From assembly GCA_039208735.1 (NCBI GenBank), contig JBCCQY010000023.1, positions 1-64,000 on the forward strand: 64,000 bases of DNA. The letters run 5' to 3'. The DNA is from Myxococcota bacterium. Lineage in GTDB: Bacteria > Myxococcota_A > UBA796 > GCA-2862545. Shown piece by piece: positions 11,289-21,738 of the stretch. The notes beneath the pieces were generated by a model, which saw only the letters and a list, made by a program, of their open reading frames with translations, did no database searches and was not told where the DNA came from. Made by a program: the position numbers and the translations under genes. Numbering within the stretch: position 1 is the stretch's first letter; each line of letters opens with the position of its first letter.

Positions 11289-11534
11289 CTCTTCCAAACT
11301 TCGAAATCGCCAGTCAGCCGAGAACGAACCGTACCGCAACTGGTGCATCGGCTGGAGTCCTCTCGGGAGGACGGATGGCCCCGCAAGTGGGCGCTGGTGA
11401 ACGAAGACCGTTTCGAGGCACGGTAGCGCCGCACGCAGCGATTGGACAACACAACGCAACGGTGTTGAGCGGCTGGCGAGGGCACCTTGGGAAGGTCACC
11501 GGGGAAGCACCCCCGGACAACCCCAGGAGTTCAC

Positions 11535-12101
11535 GTGCGAATTGGATTTCCCCTCCTACTGGCCGGGGTCGTAGGGTGTGAGCATCCCCCTGCAGATCTT
11601 CGGCTCGATGGCTTAGACTACCGCATTCATGGCTTCACGAGCGAGGTCACATCGGGCCCCTCGGCCGAAGACCCAAGTGTGGTTCGATGGACCGCCTACT
11701 CGGAGTCGGACTGCAGCCACAACGCGCCCGAACTCGAGGTCACGGTAGAGATGACGGTTCCCGCCTCCGTTGACCAAGACCTTCTCGTCGTGACCTTCGG
11801 TAGCGAAACCAAAGCTGAACCCACGGTCGAAGGGACGGCCTCGGTCCAGGTGGAGTGTCAGGGCGCCCCGTGCCCACGACCGATTGAGGAACTCGGCGAG
11901 TTCCGAGGACGCCTTCAGGTCGACAACCTCTACAACCAGGAGTGGCAGTTCGACCTTTACGTCTGGGAAGGCGACGACGAGTACATCGACTACAACCTCC
12001 TCCAGAACCACGTGTTCGGCCAGTTCTATGGCAATGAGTCCAAGGCCACGCGCTGTCGTCAGCTGCTGAAGGGCGAAGGCCCTGATGGCTACCGCAACTA
12101 A
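11535..12101 (+). CDS. Hypothetical lipoprotein (paralog of next gene)
   Basis: AGGAG RBS; MRIGFPLLLAGVVGC lipobox. Confidence 0.75.
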   Translation: MRIGFPLLLAGVVGCEHPPADLRLDGLDYRIHGFTSEVTSGPSAEDPSVVRWTAYSESDCSHNAPELEVTVEMTVPASVDQDLLVVTFGSETKAEPTVEGTASVQVECQGAPCPRPIEELGEFRGRLQVDNLYNQEWQFDLYVWEGDDEYIDYNLLQNHVFGQFYGNESKATRCRQLLKGEGPDGYRN

Positions 12102-12126
12102 CCCCCCTCTGACCGGACAACCGAAC

Positions 12127-12648
12127 ATGCGTATTCTTCACGTTGTCGTTCCGTTTGCGGCCCTCGTCGTCGGCTGCGACGACTACCAGGAGAGTGTGGC
12201 GCTGGGGGGCGGATTCTTCTCGGTGCATAGCCACACCATTGCGACGAACCGAAGCGTCGACGGCGCCCAAACCGAAATCCAATGGCGAGCCGCCACCGAC
12301 ACCGCCTGCGACGAGCTGGCACCCGACCTAGAAGTCGACGCCAACCTCACCTTCGACGGTTCGATCGAGGACCTCACCACCCAAGGACGTCTCGTGGTTT
12401 TTGGTGAGGTTCCCGGCTTTGATGGGGTGCCTGCGTTGGAAGGTACGGCCGACGTTGTCGTTCGGTGCGATGGGAGGAGGTGTCCGCCGCCGGACTTGGG
12501 GCCTTGGGTCGGAACCCTGCGATTGCTCGAGGATCTGCGCGCAGACATCTCTGTTTGGGTGCCCGACGCGCCGCGAGGCCGGGAGAGCTCCATCAACATG
12601 CGCACCCCCCTGAACGAAGACGATGCCGCAGCCTGCAGCGCACCTTGA
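12127..12648 (+). CDS. Hypothetical lipoprotein (paralog of previous gene)
   Basis: MRILHVVVPFAALVVGC lipobox; shared Cys pattern. Confidence 0.75.
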   Translation: MRILHVVVPFAALVVGCDDYQESVALGGGFFSVHSHTIATNRSVDGAQTEIQWRAATDTACDELAPDLEVDANLTFDGSIEDLTTQGRLVVFGEVPGFDGVPALEGTADVVVRCDGRRCPPPDLGPWVGTLRLLEDLRADISVWVPDAPRGRESSINMRTPLNEDDAAACSAP

Positions 12649-15159
12649 TTAAAAGGTCACGTCAAACCCTAGGTTTGGTAGTGCGGGCAGCCACACCCGG
12701 GTAATGCGCTCGTCGAAGCTCGGCGTGAACTCCACCAGCAAGGGTTGGCGCACGTTGAGCACGTTGTAGACATCGAGGTAGGCGGTCCAAGTGACTCGCC
12801 TACGCTCCCAGGCCTTTTCAACCCGGGCGTCGAGCTGTCCCAGGGCCGGCAAGCGGGCGCCGTTGCGAGGTCCAGGCAGCGCCGAAAACGTGTCGGTCAC
12901 CGCGGAGTAGACGGGGGCGGGGACTGTGTAGGGACGTCCTGTCGCAAACCGCAGACGTCCCGACACGCGCCATCGTCGTCCCAGGTCGCCACCGGCCGCC
13001 ATCGTGAGACCGAGCGGCTGGTCGCGATCCGATCGAAAACGGGTCTCTGAGAGCTCTCGCCACGTGGACGCCACCGCGACGGACGCCAATCCAAACCACC
13101 GGCGACGGTCGATCCGTAGCTGCAGATCGCCCCCCACGGCTCCCCCTGACGCGGCTTGAAATGCAGGCACGGGCTGCAGGGAAAGGAAGGGATCGAACGG
13201 TCGGTCACGACGCAGCTCGTAGCTCACCTGCCGCACGACCACCGACGGCATGCGGGCGATCCAGGCATGGCCTTCCACGCGAACGTCCCCGGTCTCGGCG
13301 ACCAAGCCGAGGCCCGTAGACTGGGTGCGAACCACGGGAAGGTCGGTGTTGCCCCCGGCGACGCTGACCAACCGCAGCAAGGCAGGCCGTTGGGCGGACT
13401 GGCCGACAAACGCGGATGCCGTCACCCGGTCCGACCATGCAAACCGTATGACGGCCCGAGGTTCGGCCACGAACGCCGTTCCGCTCGGCAAGCCATGCAC
13501 GGACCCACGGGCCCCCAACTCGATGTTGAGACGTCCAAGGCGTGGCCCGACCGAGGCATATGGCGACACCCACCACGCCCGCACTCGCTCCGGTGGCAGC
13601 AAGGCCTCCTCGAGGGTGCGGAACGACAATACGTCGAGATCGAGCAGGTCGCCATGCATCCCAAGGTCGAATCTCGTTGAATGCCCCTTGCCAAGGCTTG
13701 TCTCATTCCCGAACTGGGCCACCCGCCCGCGGTAGCGCCCCGCACGCACGCCCTCGAGTTCGGGCAGGAACGGATTGCCGCTGGTACTCGACTCGCGTTG
13801 CAAACCAGCCGCGACAAACGTGCGTTGCTCCCCCCAACGTCCGTTTGTGGTCCAATGTGTGGCGAGGCGGTGGAAGCTCCGGGCAAAGGTCTGGTCGGGA
13901 TCGAAGGGCAGCTCCTCGGGCGGCACGAAGGCAAACGTGGCGTCGAGGTTGGGTTGACGCAACGAGTCGGCCGCTCCAAAGGCGCTTACGGTCACCGCAT
14001 GCTGGTTGTGCTGCCAGCCGACGCGGCCAAAGTAGTCGCCGTAGTTAGGAAACAGACCCAGCGACGACGACGCTGAACTCGCTGTGGTGACGACCACTCC
14101 AGGCACCGAACCGCGGGCGGCGAGCGTGATTTCAACCTGAGGCCCGGTGTGCCACAAGGCAACGTTTGCATCCAGTACATCAAGGCCCAGCCTTCCGTGC
14201 CAACCGCGGGTCTCCCGGCGAGGTGCCGTCTGGACGTCCGCTAGCGCTTGCGCCGTTTGGCTCACGTCCACGGGCAAGGCGCCCGGCACAAACCGAATCC
14301 GGTCGACGAGGGCGGGATTCACGACACTGCGCCCCACGAAGAAGTGGAACAGGAAGGGGATGTCGATACCGTCGATGGTGAGCCGGGTGTGGGTCGGTTC
14401 GCCACCGCGCACGGTAGGAAATGCGTCGTAGACGGGTGCCGCGGCCACGCCCGGTAGCGTCTCGAGTACCCGGACGGGATCGCCAAACGTGCCCGGGATG
14501 CGTCGTACGATCCGTCCTGACAAGGGTTGTTCGTCGGGGCTCGGCGCCCGGTAGGTGCCAAACGCCACAGTGCTGGCGTCGTCGTCGGATTGCAGGACGA
14601 TGTCGAGGGGCTCCTCGGCCGGAACGTCGATGGAAAACGTGAACGTCTGGTGGTGGGGGTGGTTGATGACGAGTTCGTAGGTACCCGCGGCGAGATCGGC
14701 GATGTCGAAGCGCCCATCGGGACGGGTTGATGTCGTCCGCCGCACCGAGCCCTCGAAGCGCAGGTCGACCGTCGCGTTTGCCACGGGCGCGACACTGCCT
14801 CGCCGGAACACGCGTCCCGCGAAACGTTGTTCGCCGTCGATGGGGGGCAAATCGAATCCGTAGATCACGACGAACTCGGAGGCGATGGGCACACCGTCAC
14901 GGAACGCTGGCGAGAACGTCGTGCTGCGAGCGGCGGCCATCGCAGCCTCGTCGAAACCATGGCCCGCCGGTTGGGCAACCTCGACGTGGATGACGGCCCC
15001 GGTCGCGTCAAGCTGAACGGTCACCGCCACTTCGGCTTCAAGTCCCTGGGCCCGAGCTTCCGGGGGGTAAACCGCAGGAACCTCAGCGGTAGCGTACGGC
15101 TCCTCGATCGATGCAGGAGCCGCAACCACCGAAGGCGCGATCGCGAAAAGGTGCCACAT
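12649..15159 (-). CDS. TonB-dependent receptor with N-terminal TonB-CTD and carboxypeptidase-regulatory-like domains
   Basis: YPPEARAQGLE..GHGFDEAAM..FSPA; plug IPGTFGDPVRV..LPGV; terminal YLDVYNVLN..GFDVTF. Confidence 0.9.
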   Translation of the reverse strand: MWHLFAIAPSVVAAPASIEEPYATAEVPAVYPPEARAQGLEAEVAVTVQLDATGAVIHVEVAQPAGHGFDEAAMAAARSTTFSPAFRDGVPIASEFVVIYGFDLPPIDGEQRFAGRVFRRGSVAPVANATVDLRFEGSVRRTTSTRPDGRFDIADLAAGTYELVINHPHHQTFTFSIDVPAEEPLDIVLQSDDDASTVAFGTYRAPSPDEQPLSGRIVRRIPGTFGDPVRVLETLPGVAAAPVYDAFPTVRGGEPTHTRLTIDGIDIPFLFHFFVGRSVVNPALVDRIRFVPGALPVDVSQTAQALADVQTAPRRETRGWHGRLGLDVLDANVALWHTGPQVEITLAARGSVPGVVVTTASSASSSLGLFPNYGDYFGRVGWQHNQHAVTVSAFGAADSLRQPNLDATFAFVPPEELPFDPDQTFARSFHRLATHWTTNGRWGEQRTFVAAGLQRESSTSGNPFLPELEGVRAGRYRGRVAQFGNETSLGKGHSTRFDLGMHGDLLDLDVLSFRTLEEALLPPERVRAWWVSPYASVGPRLGRLNIELGARGSVHGLPSGTAFVAEPRAVIRFAWSDRVTASAFVGQSAQRPALLRLVSVAGGNTDLPVVRTQSTGLGLVAETGDVRVEGHAWIARMPSVVVRQVSYELRRDRPFDPFLSLQPVPAFQAASGGAVGGDLQLRIDRRRWFGLASVAVASTWRELSETRFRSDRDQPLGLTMAAGGDLGRRWRVSGRLRFATGRPYTVPAPVYSAVTDTFSALPGPRNGARLPALGQLDARVEKAWERRRVTWTAYLDVYNVLNVRQPLLVEFTPSFDERITRVWLPALPNLGFDVTF

Positions 15160-15840
15160 CTACCGCTCAGCCCGTTGTTCGAAGCGGCAGGAAAAGGGCA
15201 CATCGACCACGCGAACCGGTTCGCCATTGCGTTGACCCGGCCGACAGCGAGCCTTTGACCATGCTTCGACACAGGCTTGATCGGCGTCGTCGCGTAGCGA
15301 GGTGGTGACCACGATGTTGCTCACCCGGCCCGTGGCTTGGATGGTGAGGGAGAGGCCCACGACCCCTTCGAGCTGGGCTTTCCGTACGGTGGCGGGCACG
15401 GCGACCGGGGGCGGCCGACACCGTGGGGGAAGCACAGCTTCGGAGCCTTCGGCGGTTCCCCCAACGCCGGCCGGAGCGGCCGTGCCGACGCGCAGAGGGG
15501 CGCCCACGCGCAACACGACATCGCCCGAAGCCTCCTCGGCACGGCCAGGGGCTGCGATGGGTGGAGCCTCGGCTGCAGGTGCCGGTCGGGTTGGTCTGTT
15601 CCGAGGGGCGGGACCGGTTCCGCCCGTCCCCGGCTTGGACGCCGCGACGGTCGCCGGCGATTTCCGAGGTGGTTCGGTAATCCAGACAGGTTCTGGCCAC
15701 TCGACCATCACGAGTGCCCCCCAATCTTGGAGCACAGGGGCTTGGGGAGGCTCGGGCAGGGCAAGGAACACCACCGCATGAAGGCCCGCCGACACGGCGA
15801 GAGCCAGTGGCCACCTTGCCGCATCGAACCGTACCTTCAC
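15160..15840 (-). CDS. tonB: TonB-like energy transducer
   Basis: N-terminal TM with SAGLH, Pro-rich linker, C-terminal EGVVGL..TGRV domain. Confidence 0.8.
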   Translation of the reverse strand: MKVRFDAARWPLALAVSAGLHAVVFLALPEPPQAPVLQDWGALVMVEWPEPVWITEPPRKSPATVAASKPGTGGTGPAPRNRPTRPAPAAEAPPIAAPGRAEEASGDVVLRVGAPLRVGTAAPAGVGGTAEGSEAVLPPRCRPPPVAVPATVRKAQLEGVVGLSLTIQATGRVSNIVVTTSLRDDADQACVEAWSKARCRPGQRNGEPVRVVDVPFSCRFEQRAER

Positions 15841-16274
15841 GGCAGATCTCGATCGGCATCCGGGGGCACGGGCACCGGCGTCACCAGGATCCCAAACCGC
15901 ACCACCCCTTCCTGTCGAACCAGATCCACCAGAGCCATGACTTCGCGGTGGGGCACGTCACCGTCGGCGCCGACCAGGCATGCGACCTCACGTCCGGTGG
16001 CTCGGGCCGCCCGAATCGCCTTTCGAATGCCTACCTGGTCCACAAGGGCCCCATCGAGGTAGGTTTGGCCCCCGTTCGTGCGTACGATCGCCAGTGACAA
16101 CGTGCCATCTTCGCCCGTCGCGGCTTCGGGGGCGTCGATGGGAATCTGCTCCTCGGCGACCAACGTAGACGTCACCAGAAACGCGATCAGAACGACGAGC
16201 AGGATGTCTACAAATGGCGTGACGTTGATGTCGGTCATCGGCCGACGTCCGGGCTTGCGCAGCGGAGCGACCAT
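15837..16274 (-). CDS. exbD: ExbD/TolR
   Basis: DINVTPFVDILLVVLIAF. Confidence 0.92.
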   Translation of the reverse strand: MVAPLRKPGRRPMTDINVTPFVDILLVVLIAFLVTSTLVAEEQIPIDAPEAATGEDGTLSLAIVRTNGGQTYLDGALVDQVGIRKAIRAARATGREVACLVGADGDVPHREVMALVDLVRQEGVVRFGILVTPVPVPPDADRDLP

Positions 16275-16918
16275 CAGCCGCCTCGTGCGCCGCGGGTTCG
16301 GTGCGCTTCGGTGGCAAGCTGCACCAGCACCACACGACCAAGCCGTTCGAGGTGGGCAAGAAGTCGCTCATTGCGGGTGATCAAGGCGTTGTAGAGGACG
16401 ACCGAGGGAATCGCAACGAGCAAGCCAACGCCGGTGGCGACCAAGGCTTCGGAGATGCCATTCATCACGGCGGCCGAGCCCGTGCCGCTGTCGAGCGAGA
16501 GTTCGGCGAAGGCCCGTACCACCCCCAAAACCGTCCCGAGCAGGCCCACGAACGGCGCGTTTGAACCCACCGTGCCAATCCAGATGAGGCCACGATCCAG
16601 CGCGGTGGCTTCCGCCGTCAACGCTGCTGCGACGGCTTCCTCCGCCGCCCGAAGCCCGCCCGCTCGACCTGCCCGCAACCCCGTAGCGATGACCCGCCCT
16701 TCGAACCCATCGGCCTCTTCCAGCTGTGCGAGTGTCGTGGCGTCCATCGGCACCACCTCCGGGCCCAGCGACCGCGCCAGTGCCGATGACGTCCGCCCTC
16801 GCGCCACAAAGAGGACCCGCTCAACCGCAATGGTCAGGACGAGTCCGCTCGCTGCAAGCAAGATCCAAAGCACCGTGTCGTGCCCGACCTGGGACAGCGA
16901 GTTCAGAGCGTCGAGCAC
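16274..16918 (-). CDS. exbB: ExbB/TolQ/MotA proton channel
   Basis: APFVGLLGTVLG...GISEALVATGVGLLVAIP. Confidence 0.92.
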   Translation of the reverse strand: MLDALNSLSQVGHDTVLWILLAASGLVLTIAVERVLFVARGRTSSALARSLGPEVVPMDATTLAQLEEADGFEGRVIATGLRAGRAGGLRAAEEAVAAALTAEATALDRGLIWIGTVGSNAPFVGLLGTVLGVVRAFAELSLDSGTGSAAVMNGISEALVATGVGLLVAIPSVVLYNALITRNERLLAHLERLGRVVLVQLATEAHRTRGARGG

Positions 16919-17035
16919 GGCGTCTCCTGGGGCGACAGAAGTCCAGCAAGCCTACCCTCTCGTGCTCCGGCGAGGAACGCCGAACCGTTGCGTGATGTAG
17001 CGAAGGGCCGTTATCGACGCCGCCGGGGGCTATCC

Positions 17036-17737
17036 ATGGACCGGTCCATTGTCATCGTGGAGGATGACCCCGAGTTGTCGAACCTCCTGCACGATTACTT
17101 CGTCGAGCAGGGCTTTGCCGTTCAGTGCCTTGAGGATGGCCGAGTGGCCACCGAGCGAATCATTGAACAGCCACCCGACCTCGTCATCCTTGACCAGATG
17201 CTGCCAGGCCTCAATGGCGTGGAAGTCTGTCAGCGGGTGCGAGCGCACAGCACCGTACCCATCCTCATGCTCACCGCGGTTCAAGGCGACATCGATGTTG
17301 TGGCAGGGCTTGAGGCCGGCGTCGACGACTACGTGATCAAGCCCTGCAATCCTCGGGTATTGCTGGCTCGGGTGCGGGCCTTGTTGAGGCGGGCGGCCGA
17401 GCGTCCCGATGATTCAGACCAGGACGAAGAAATCGTGTGCGTCGGCTCGCTCGAAGTGAACCGATCGCGGCGGACGGTTCGGATCGGAGCCCATCAGGTG
17501 GCGGTGACCGCGGCAGAGCATGACCTCGCCTACTTGCTGGCGCTGCACAAGGGTTCGGTGGTGACCCGAGACACGCTGTCGATCGAGGTGCGTGGCGTGC
17601 CCTACGATGGGATCGATCGCGGCATCGACATCCATGTGTCGCGTCTGCGCAAGAAGCTCCACGAGGGGGGACTGCGCGACGTGGAGATTCGAGCCATTCG
17701 TGGCGAGGGCTACCAACTTGTCCTCGCGACGGAGTGA
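17036..17737 (+). CDS. OmpR-family response regulator
   Basis: IVEDD, LDQMLP, DDYVIKP; winged helix DRGIDIHVSRLRKK. Confidence 0.95.
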   Translation: MDRSIVIVEDDPELSNLLHDYFVEQGFAVQCLEDGRVATERIIEQPPDLVILDQMLPGLNGVEVCQRVRAHSTVPILMLTAVQGDIDVVAGLEAGVDDYVIKPCNPRVLLARVRALLRRAAERPDDSDQDEEIVCVGSLEVNRSRRTVRIGAHQVAVTAAEHDLAYLLALHKGSVVTRDTLSIEVRGVPYDGIDRGIDIHVSRLRKKLHEGGLRDVEIRAIRGEGYQLVLATE

Positions 17738-17740
17738 GCG

Positions 17741-19021
17741 GTGCGGTCGTTGGTCGTCCGGAGCTTGGTGATCGGGACTGCCCTCATCGCGGCCCTCCTC
17801 CTACTGGAGCGCACCACGGCCACGGCTACGCGTGATGCGCGTCAGCGGCGGGTGGTCAACGTGATGCTTCAATCGGGCCTCGATGCGCATCTGGCCGCGC
17901 TCGCGACCGCACCTCGTTACGCTCGGCCCAGTCTCGTGGCCACGATGCCCCAGGGCTGGGCGAAGCGGGCTTCCATCGAGCCAAGCCAGGCCCTCCCATC
18001 CCATCTTGCACGGCCCATTCTCCTCGACGGGCGTGCGCTTTGGATCGACGGTGAGACGTTGTGGGCGCAGCTTGGCGACGGACAGTTGCTGCGACTTGCC
18101 GAAATCGAAGGGCCCAGCGATGCGCCGACCGTGGCCTCACCACTACCCTGGGCCGTAGGGCTGGTCCTGGTGGCCGTCCTGGCCTGGCTCTGGCCTGACT
18201 TTGCGCGGTTGCGTACTCTTCACGCGGTCGCCCAGGCGGCGCGCGACGGGCACTACGAGGCCCGAACCCTCGATGCCACGCCAGACGCCATTGGCGACAT
18301 CAGCCGTCAAGTCGACGACATGGTGGCGACCTTGCGTCGGCATCGCAAGGAACGGGACGGATTCTTCCGCGCCGTGACCCACGAGATGGGCACCCCGCTC
18401 ACACGGCTCGCTTTTGCCCTCGACCTCGCGGAGTCGGCGACCACCCCAACCGATCGGGCCGCCCGCCTCAAGGCCGCCCGGGAGCAGCTCGACCAGCTCT
18501 CACGCCTCGCGAGCGAACTCGTGGCGTTCGGCTTTGAAGCACCCGACCGCCCTGACGATCGGCGGCGCATCGATGTTCGCGTTGAATTAGGCACCCTGTG
18601 TGAGCAGAACACCACCCCTGACCGTGAAGTCGTGCTCCTGTTCCCCGATGACGTGCCACCCCGCCTCGATGTCGACCCTCGGGGGTTTCGGCGAGCCATC
18701 GACAACCTCGTCCGCAACGCGGTGCGCTATGCGACCGACACCGTCCGGGTGTCTGCGCAAGCCAGCGCCGGGACCCTTGAGATCTGGGTTGAAGATGATG
18801 GTCCGGGCATCCCCCAGGAATCCCGGGAGTCCATTTTCGAGCCCTTCGTGACGCTCGATCCCAGCCGACGCGACTCCGAGAGCGGGGCGGGATTGGGTCT
18901 GACCATCGTGCACCGCGTTGTCGAGCGCCACGCGGGTACCGTGGGCATCACCACGTCGCCTCACCTCGGCGGTGCTGCGTTCGTCACCCGCTGGCCGCTT
19001 CCGGCGGGGATCTCGACGTGA
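17741..19021 (+). CDS. Sensor histidine kinase
   Basis: Two TM segments, HAMP-like region, H-box THEMGTPL, N-box NLVRNA, DDGPGI, GAGLGL. Confidence 0.93.
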   Translation: MRSLVVRSLVIGTALIAALLLLERTTATATRDARQRRVVNVMLQSGLDAHLAALATAPRYARPSLVATMPQGWAKRASIEPSQALPSHLARPILLDGRALWIDGETLWAQLGDGQLLRLAEIEGPSDAPTVASPLPWAVGLVLVAVLAWLWPDFARLRTLHAVAQAARDGHYEARTLDATPDAIGDISRQVDDMVATLRRHRKERDGFFRAVTHEMGTPLTRLAFALDLAESATTPTDRAARLKAAREQLDQLSRLASELVAFGFEAPDRPDDRRRIDVRVELGTLCEQNTTPDREVVLLFPDDVPPRLDVDPRGFRRAIDNLVRNAVRYATDTVRVSAQASAGTLEIWVEDDGPGIPQESRESIFEPFVTLDPSRRDSESGAGLGLTIVHRVVERHAGTVGITTSPHLGGAAFVTRWPLPAGIST

Positions 19022-19085
19022 GCAGGGCGCAACGGTTCGCAACACCATTCTTGGCGTCGCCAGGCAGACTCGATCGGGGGGCCAT

Positions 19086-19928
19086 GTGTTGCTGATGTGG
19101 TGGGGGGCTTGCATCGTCGAACGCGATGACTGGACCCGGCCCGAGATTGACCAGGCGTTCGACTATGTCATCGACCGCACGCGGCTGGTGGCCCTTCGGG
19201 TTGCCCCAGCGGTCGTCCCGGACGGCGGATCCTTGACGCTCGACGCCTTGGTGCTGTCGCCCTTTGAGACTGCTCCCATCCGCCTGCAGGCCTGTGGCCT
19301 CGACGCTGACACGGTGACCCCCATCCGGGTGACCGACCCCAGTTGCTTCAGTGTGCCGGAACTCGTCACGGATCTCGGTGTCGCCCCTGCAACCTTGCAA
19401 GCCCCTGGCTTCGAAGCGCTATCCGACCGTGCGTCCTGCGCGTTCGTGGCTGATCAGGGGTTGCCTGAAACCTGCCGGCTCACGTTCCCTTTGCTGGCCA
19501 TGGTCCAGGGCACGGACGCCGAGGCCCGGGCTTCCGAACCCTTTGATGTCATCGTGGGTCTTCCGGCCCCCGTCGAGCCACTCCTCACCGAAGCCGACCT
19601 GTCGCTCGGAGTGCCCGAGACGGCCCCGTCCGGCACGATGGTCAACCTCGACATCATCTGGTCCCCCAAGCGCGAATCTGCCATTCTAAGCGCTGAGGTC
19701 ACGTGGTACGTCGACGTCGGCCGGCTCGAGCGGCTGCGGGTCACTCGCCTCGAGTCCGGGCCAAGTGGTTGGTGGGCATCGAACCAACTGCGTATTCCGA
19801 GCGATGCCGACGGTCCTCTTCGAGTCGCCGTGGTGGTGGACGTCGCTATCGCGCAGGTTGGCAGCGTCGAGCCGTTCGACCGGCGGGAGCGGGCCTGGCG
19901 GGTGGAGACCATCGAGGTGACGCCGTGA
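19086..19928 (+). CDS. Hypothetical lipoprotein
   Basis: (M)LLMWWGAC start; TGATG overlap with next gene; start uncertain. Confidence 0.65.
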   Translation: MLLMWWGACIVERDDWTRPEIDQAFDYVIDRTRLVALRVAPAVVPDGGSLTLDALVLSPFETAPIRLQACGLDADTVTPIRVTDPSCFSVPELVTDLGVAPATLQAPGFEALSDRASCAFVADQGLPETCRLTFPLLAMVQGTDAEARASEPFDVIVGLPAPVEPLLTEADLSLGVPETAPSGTMVNLDIIWSPKRESAILSAEVTWYVDVGRLERLRVTRLESGPSGWWASNQLRIPSDADGPLRVAVVVDVAIAQVGSVEPFDRRERAWRVETIEVTP

Positions 19929-20272
19929 TGTGGTTTTTGCTGGCCTGTTCCAATCAACCGCCCCAGCTCCTTGCGATCGATGGCTTCGACGTGCCTCGCG
20001 CCGGCCGCTTCGTCACGCTCGACGTTGAGGTTGACCACCCCCAAAGCTTCGCCTTCGAGGCCGTTGACCCAGATGGGGACTTGGTTGTGTTCTGGTGGCT
20101 GCGACTTCCGTTCGCGTGGTCGCCCGTCGAACAGGGCCTGCACTTCGACGGCACGGCCGAGGTTGGCGAGGCCACCGCCACCCTCATCCTCGAGGGACGC
20201 GAGCCCGGAGCACCAGCGTCGCAGGACGGCAACGTCTATACGGTCTATGAACTGATCCTCCGTGTGTTCTGA
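19928..20272 (+). CDS. Small hypothetical lipoprotein
   Basis: MWFLLACSNQPP; TGATG overlaps at both ends. Confidence 0.65.
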   Translation: MWFLLACSNQPPQLLAIDGFDVPRAGRFVTLDVEVDHPQSFAFEAVDPDGDLVVFWWLRLPFAWSPVEQGLHFDGTAEVGEATATLILEGREPGAPASQDGNVYTVYELILRVF

Positions 20273-20913
20273 TGTTGCAAGGCTCGATTTCATCGAACGT
20301 GGTTTCCTTGACTAGGTTGGCGATCTGCGCCCTGATCGCACAGGTTGGCTGCGCCAAACCCGTCTCACAAGCCCCACCCAATCTCCCGCCGGCCCACGTC
20401 GTCGAAGGCGTTTCAGCCAAGGTTAAACGCCAGTTCTACGACATCGATGGACGGAGCCGAAGCGGGTTGAGGGCGAGCCTCGATCAGCGTGGTCCTTTCG
20501 ACGAGCAAGGCCAGCGCTTTGATGCCAAGACACGCTGGACGGTGAAATGGGCTTACAACTACGATAGAACCACGATCGATTGCGGGATTTCAGGACTCAC
20601 CACGAACGTCGAGGTGACCTACACCTTGCCTAGGTGGGTGACCGCCCAAACGGCGCGGCCTCGCCTGCGGCAAGCGTGGGTGCGCTACCTCAACGCGTTG
20701 ACGCTCCATGAACAAGGCCATGCGCACTACGGACTGCAGACGGCTAACGCAATCCAGACCGTGCTTGTCGGACTCCGCGCGCCCACCTGCGCCGAACTCG
20801 AACGGCAAGCTGACGCCGCAGCCGAGCGGATCCTCGAGCACATGAACGACGAGGAGAAGACCTACGACCAAGCGACCCAACATGGGCGTACTCAAGGCGG
20901 GCGATTTGGTTGA
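20272..20913 (+). CDS. DUF922-like secreted Zn-dependent protease
   Basis: YTLPRW, LTLHEQGH, YDQATQHGRTQG. Confidence 0.85.
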   Translation: MLQGSISSNVVSLTRLAICALIAQVGCAKPVSQAPPNLPPAHVVEGVSAKVKRQFYDIDGRSRSGLRASLDQRGPFDEQGQRFDAKTRWTVKWAYNYDRTTIDCGISGLTTNVEVTYTLPRWVTAQTARPRLRQAWVRYLNALTLHEQGHAHYGLQTANAIQTVLVGLRAPTCAELERQADAAAERILEHMNDEEKTYDQATQHGRTQGGRFG

Positions 20914-20937
20914 CCGCGCGCTGACGTAGGATGGGGC

Positions 20938-21738
20938 ATGGGCCAACTTGAGATTCTGCGTCGCGACCCCCCAAATCCTCATCCAACCCCACTTTTGTTT
21001 GTGCATGGCGCATGGCATGGCGCGTGGTGTTGGAACGATCACTTTCTTGATTGGTTCGCCGAGCGGGGGTTTCAGGTCATTGCGCCTAGCCTTCGGGGCC
21101 ACGGGGGAAGTGGGCCTGCCTCACGAACCCATCGGTTGCGCCACTACGCCGAGGACGTCCGCCAGGTGGCCGCTGACTTGGATTCGCCGCCGGTGCTCAT
21201 CGGTCATTCCATGGGGGCGTACGTCGTCCAGCATGCCCTTCGGCAGCCGGGGGTTGGAGCGGCGGGCATTCTGGTGTGCCCGCCTCCTCCCGGTGGCGTG
21301 TTGGGTACGGCCCTTTCCGTCGCGCGACGCCATCCGTTTCGTTTTCTCTGGACCAACCTCGTCTGGCGTCTGGGGCCGCTCGTCGATGCGCCTCATTTGG
21401 CCAAAGAGTTGTTCCTCCGAGATGATGCGCCCGAAGAGGTTGTGGTGAACCTGCACCACCGGCTGCACGATGAGTCGTACTTGGCGTTCCTCGACATGCT
21501 GTTCCTTGACCGACCCCGAGCCCGGGAGGTCACGGTTCCCATACGGGTGATCGGTGGATCGCGGGACCGTGTCTTTCCGGTGGCCAGCGTCCAGCGTGTG
21601 GCCCGTGCGTATGGAGGCACGGCCATTATCTTGGAGGATGCCGCGCATGATCTGATGATCGATGAAGCGTGGCCTACGGCGGCCCAGCAGAGCGAGCGCT
21701 GGATCCATGAGCTTGTACCTGTAGACGTGCAAGGATGA
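20938..21738 (+). CDS. Alpha/beta hydrolase
   Basis: VHGAWHGAWCW, GHSMG, AHDLM. Confidence 0.92.
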   Translation: MGQLEILRRDPPNPHPTPLLFVHGAWHGAWCWNDHFLDWFAERGFQVIAPSLRGHGGSGPASRTHRLRHYAEDVRQVAADLDSPPVLIGHSMGAYVVQHALRQPGVGAAGILVCPPPPGGVLGTALSVARRHPFRFLWTNLVWRLGPLVDAPHLAKELFLRDDAPEEVVVNLHHRLHDESYLAFLDMLFLDRPRAREVTVPIRVIGGSRDRVFPVASVQRVARAYGGTAIILEDAAHDLMIDEAWPTAAQQSERWIHELVPVDVQG

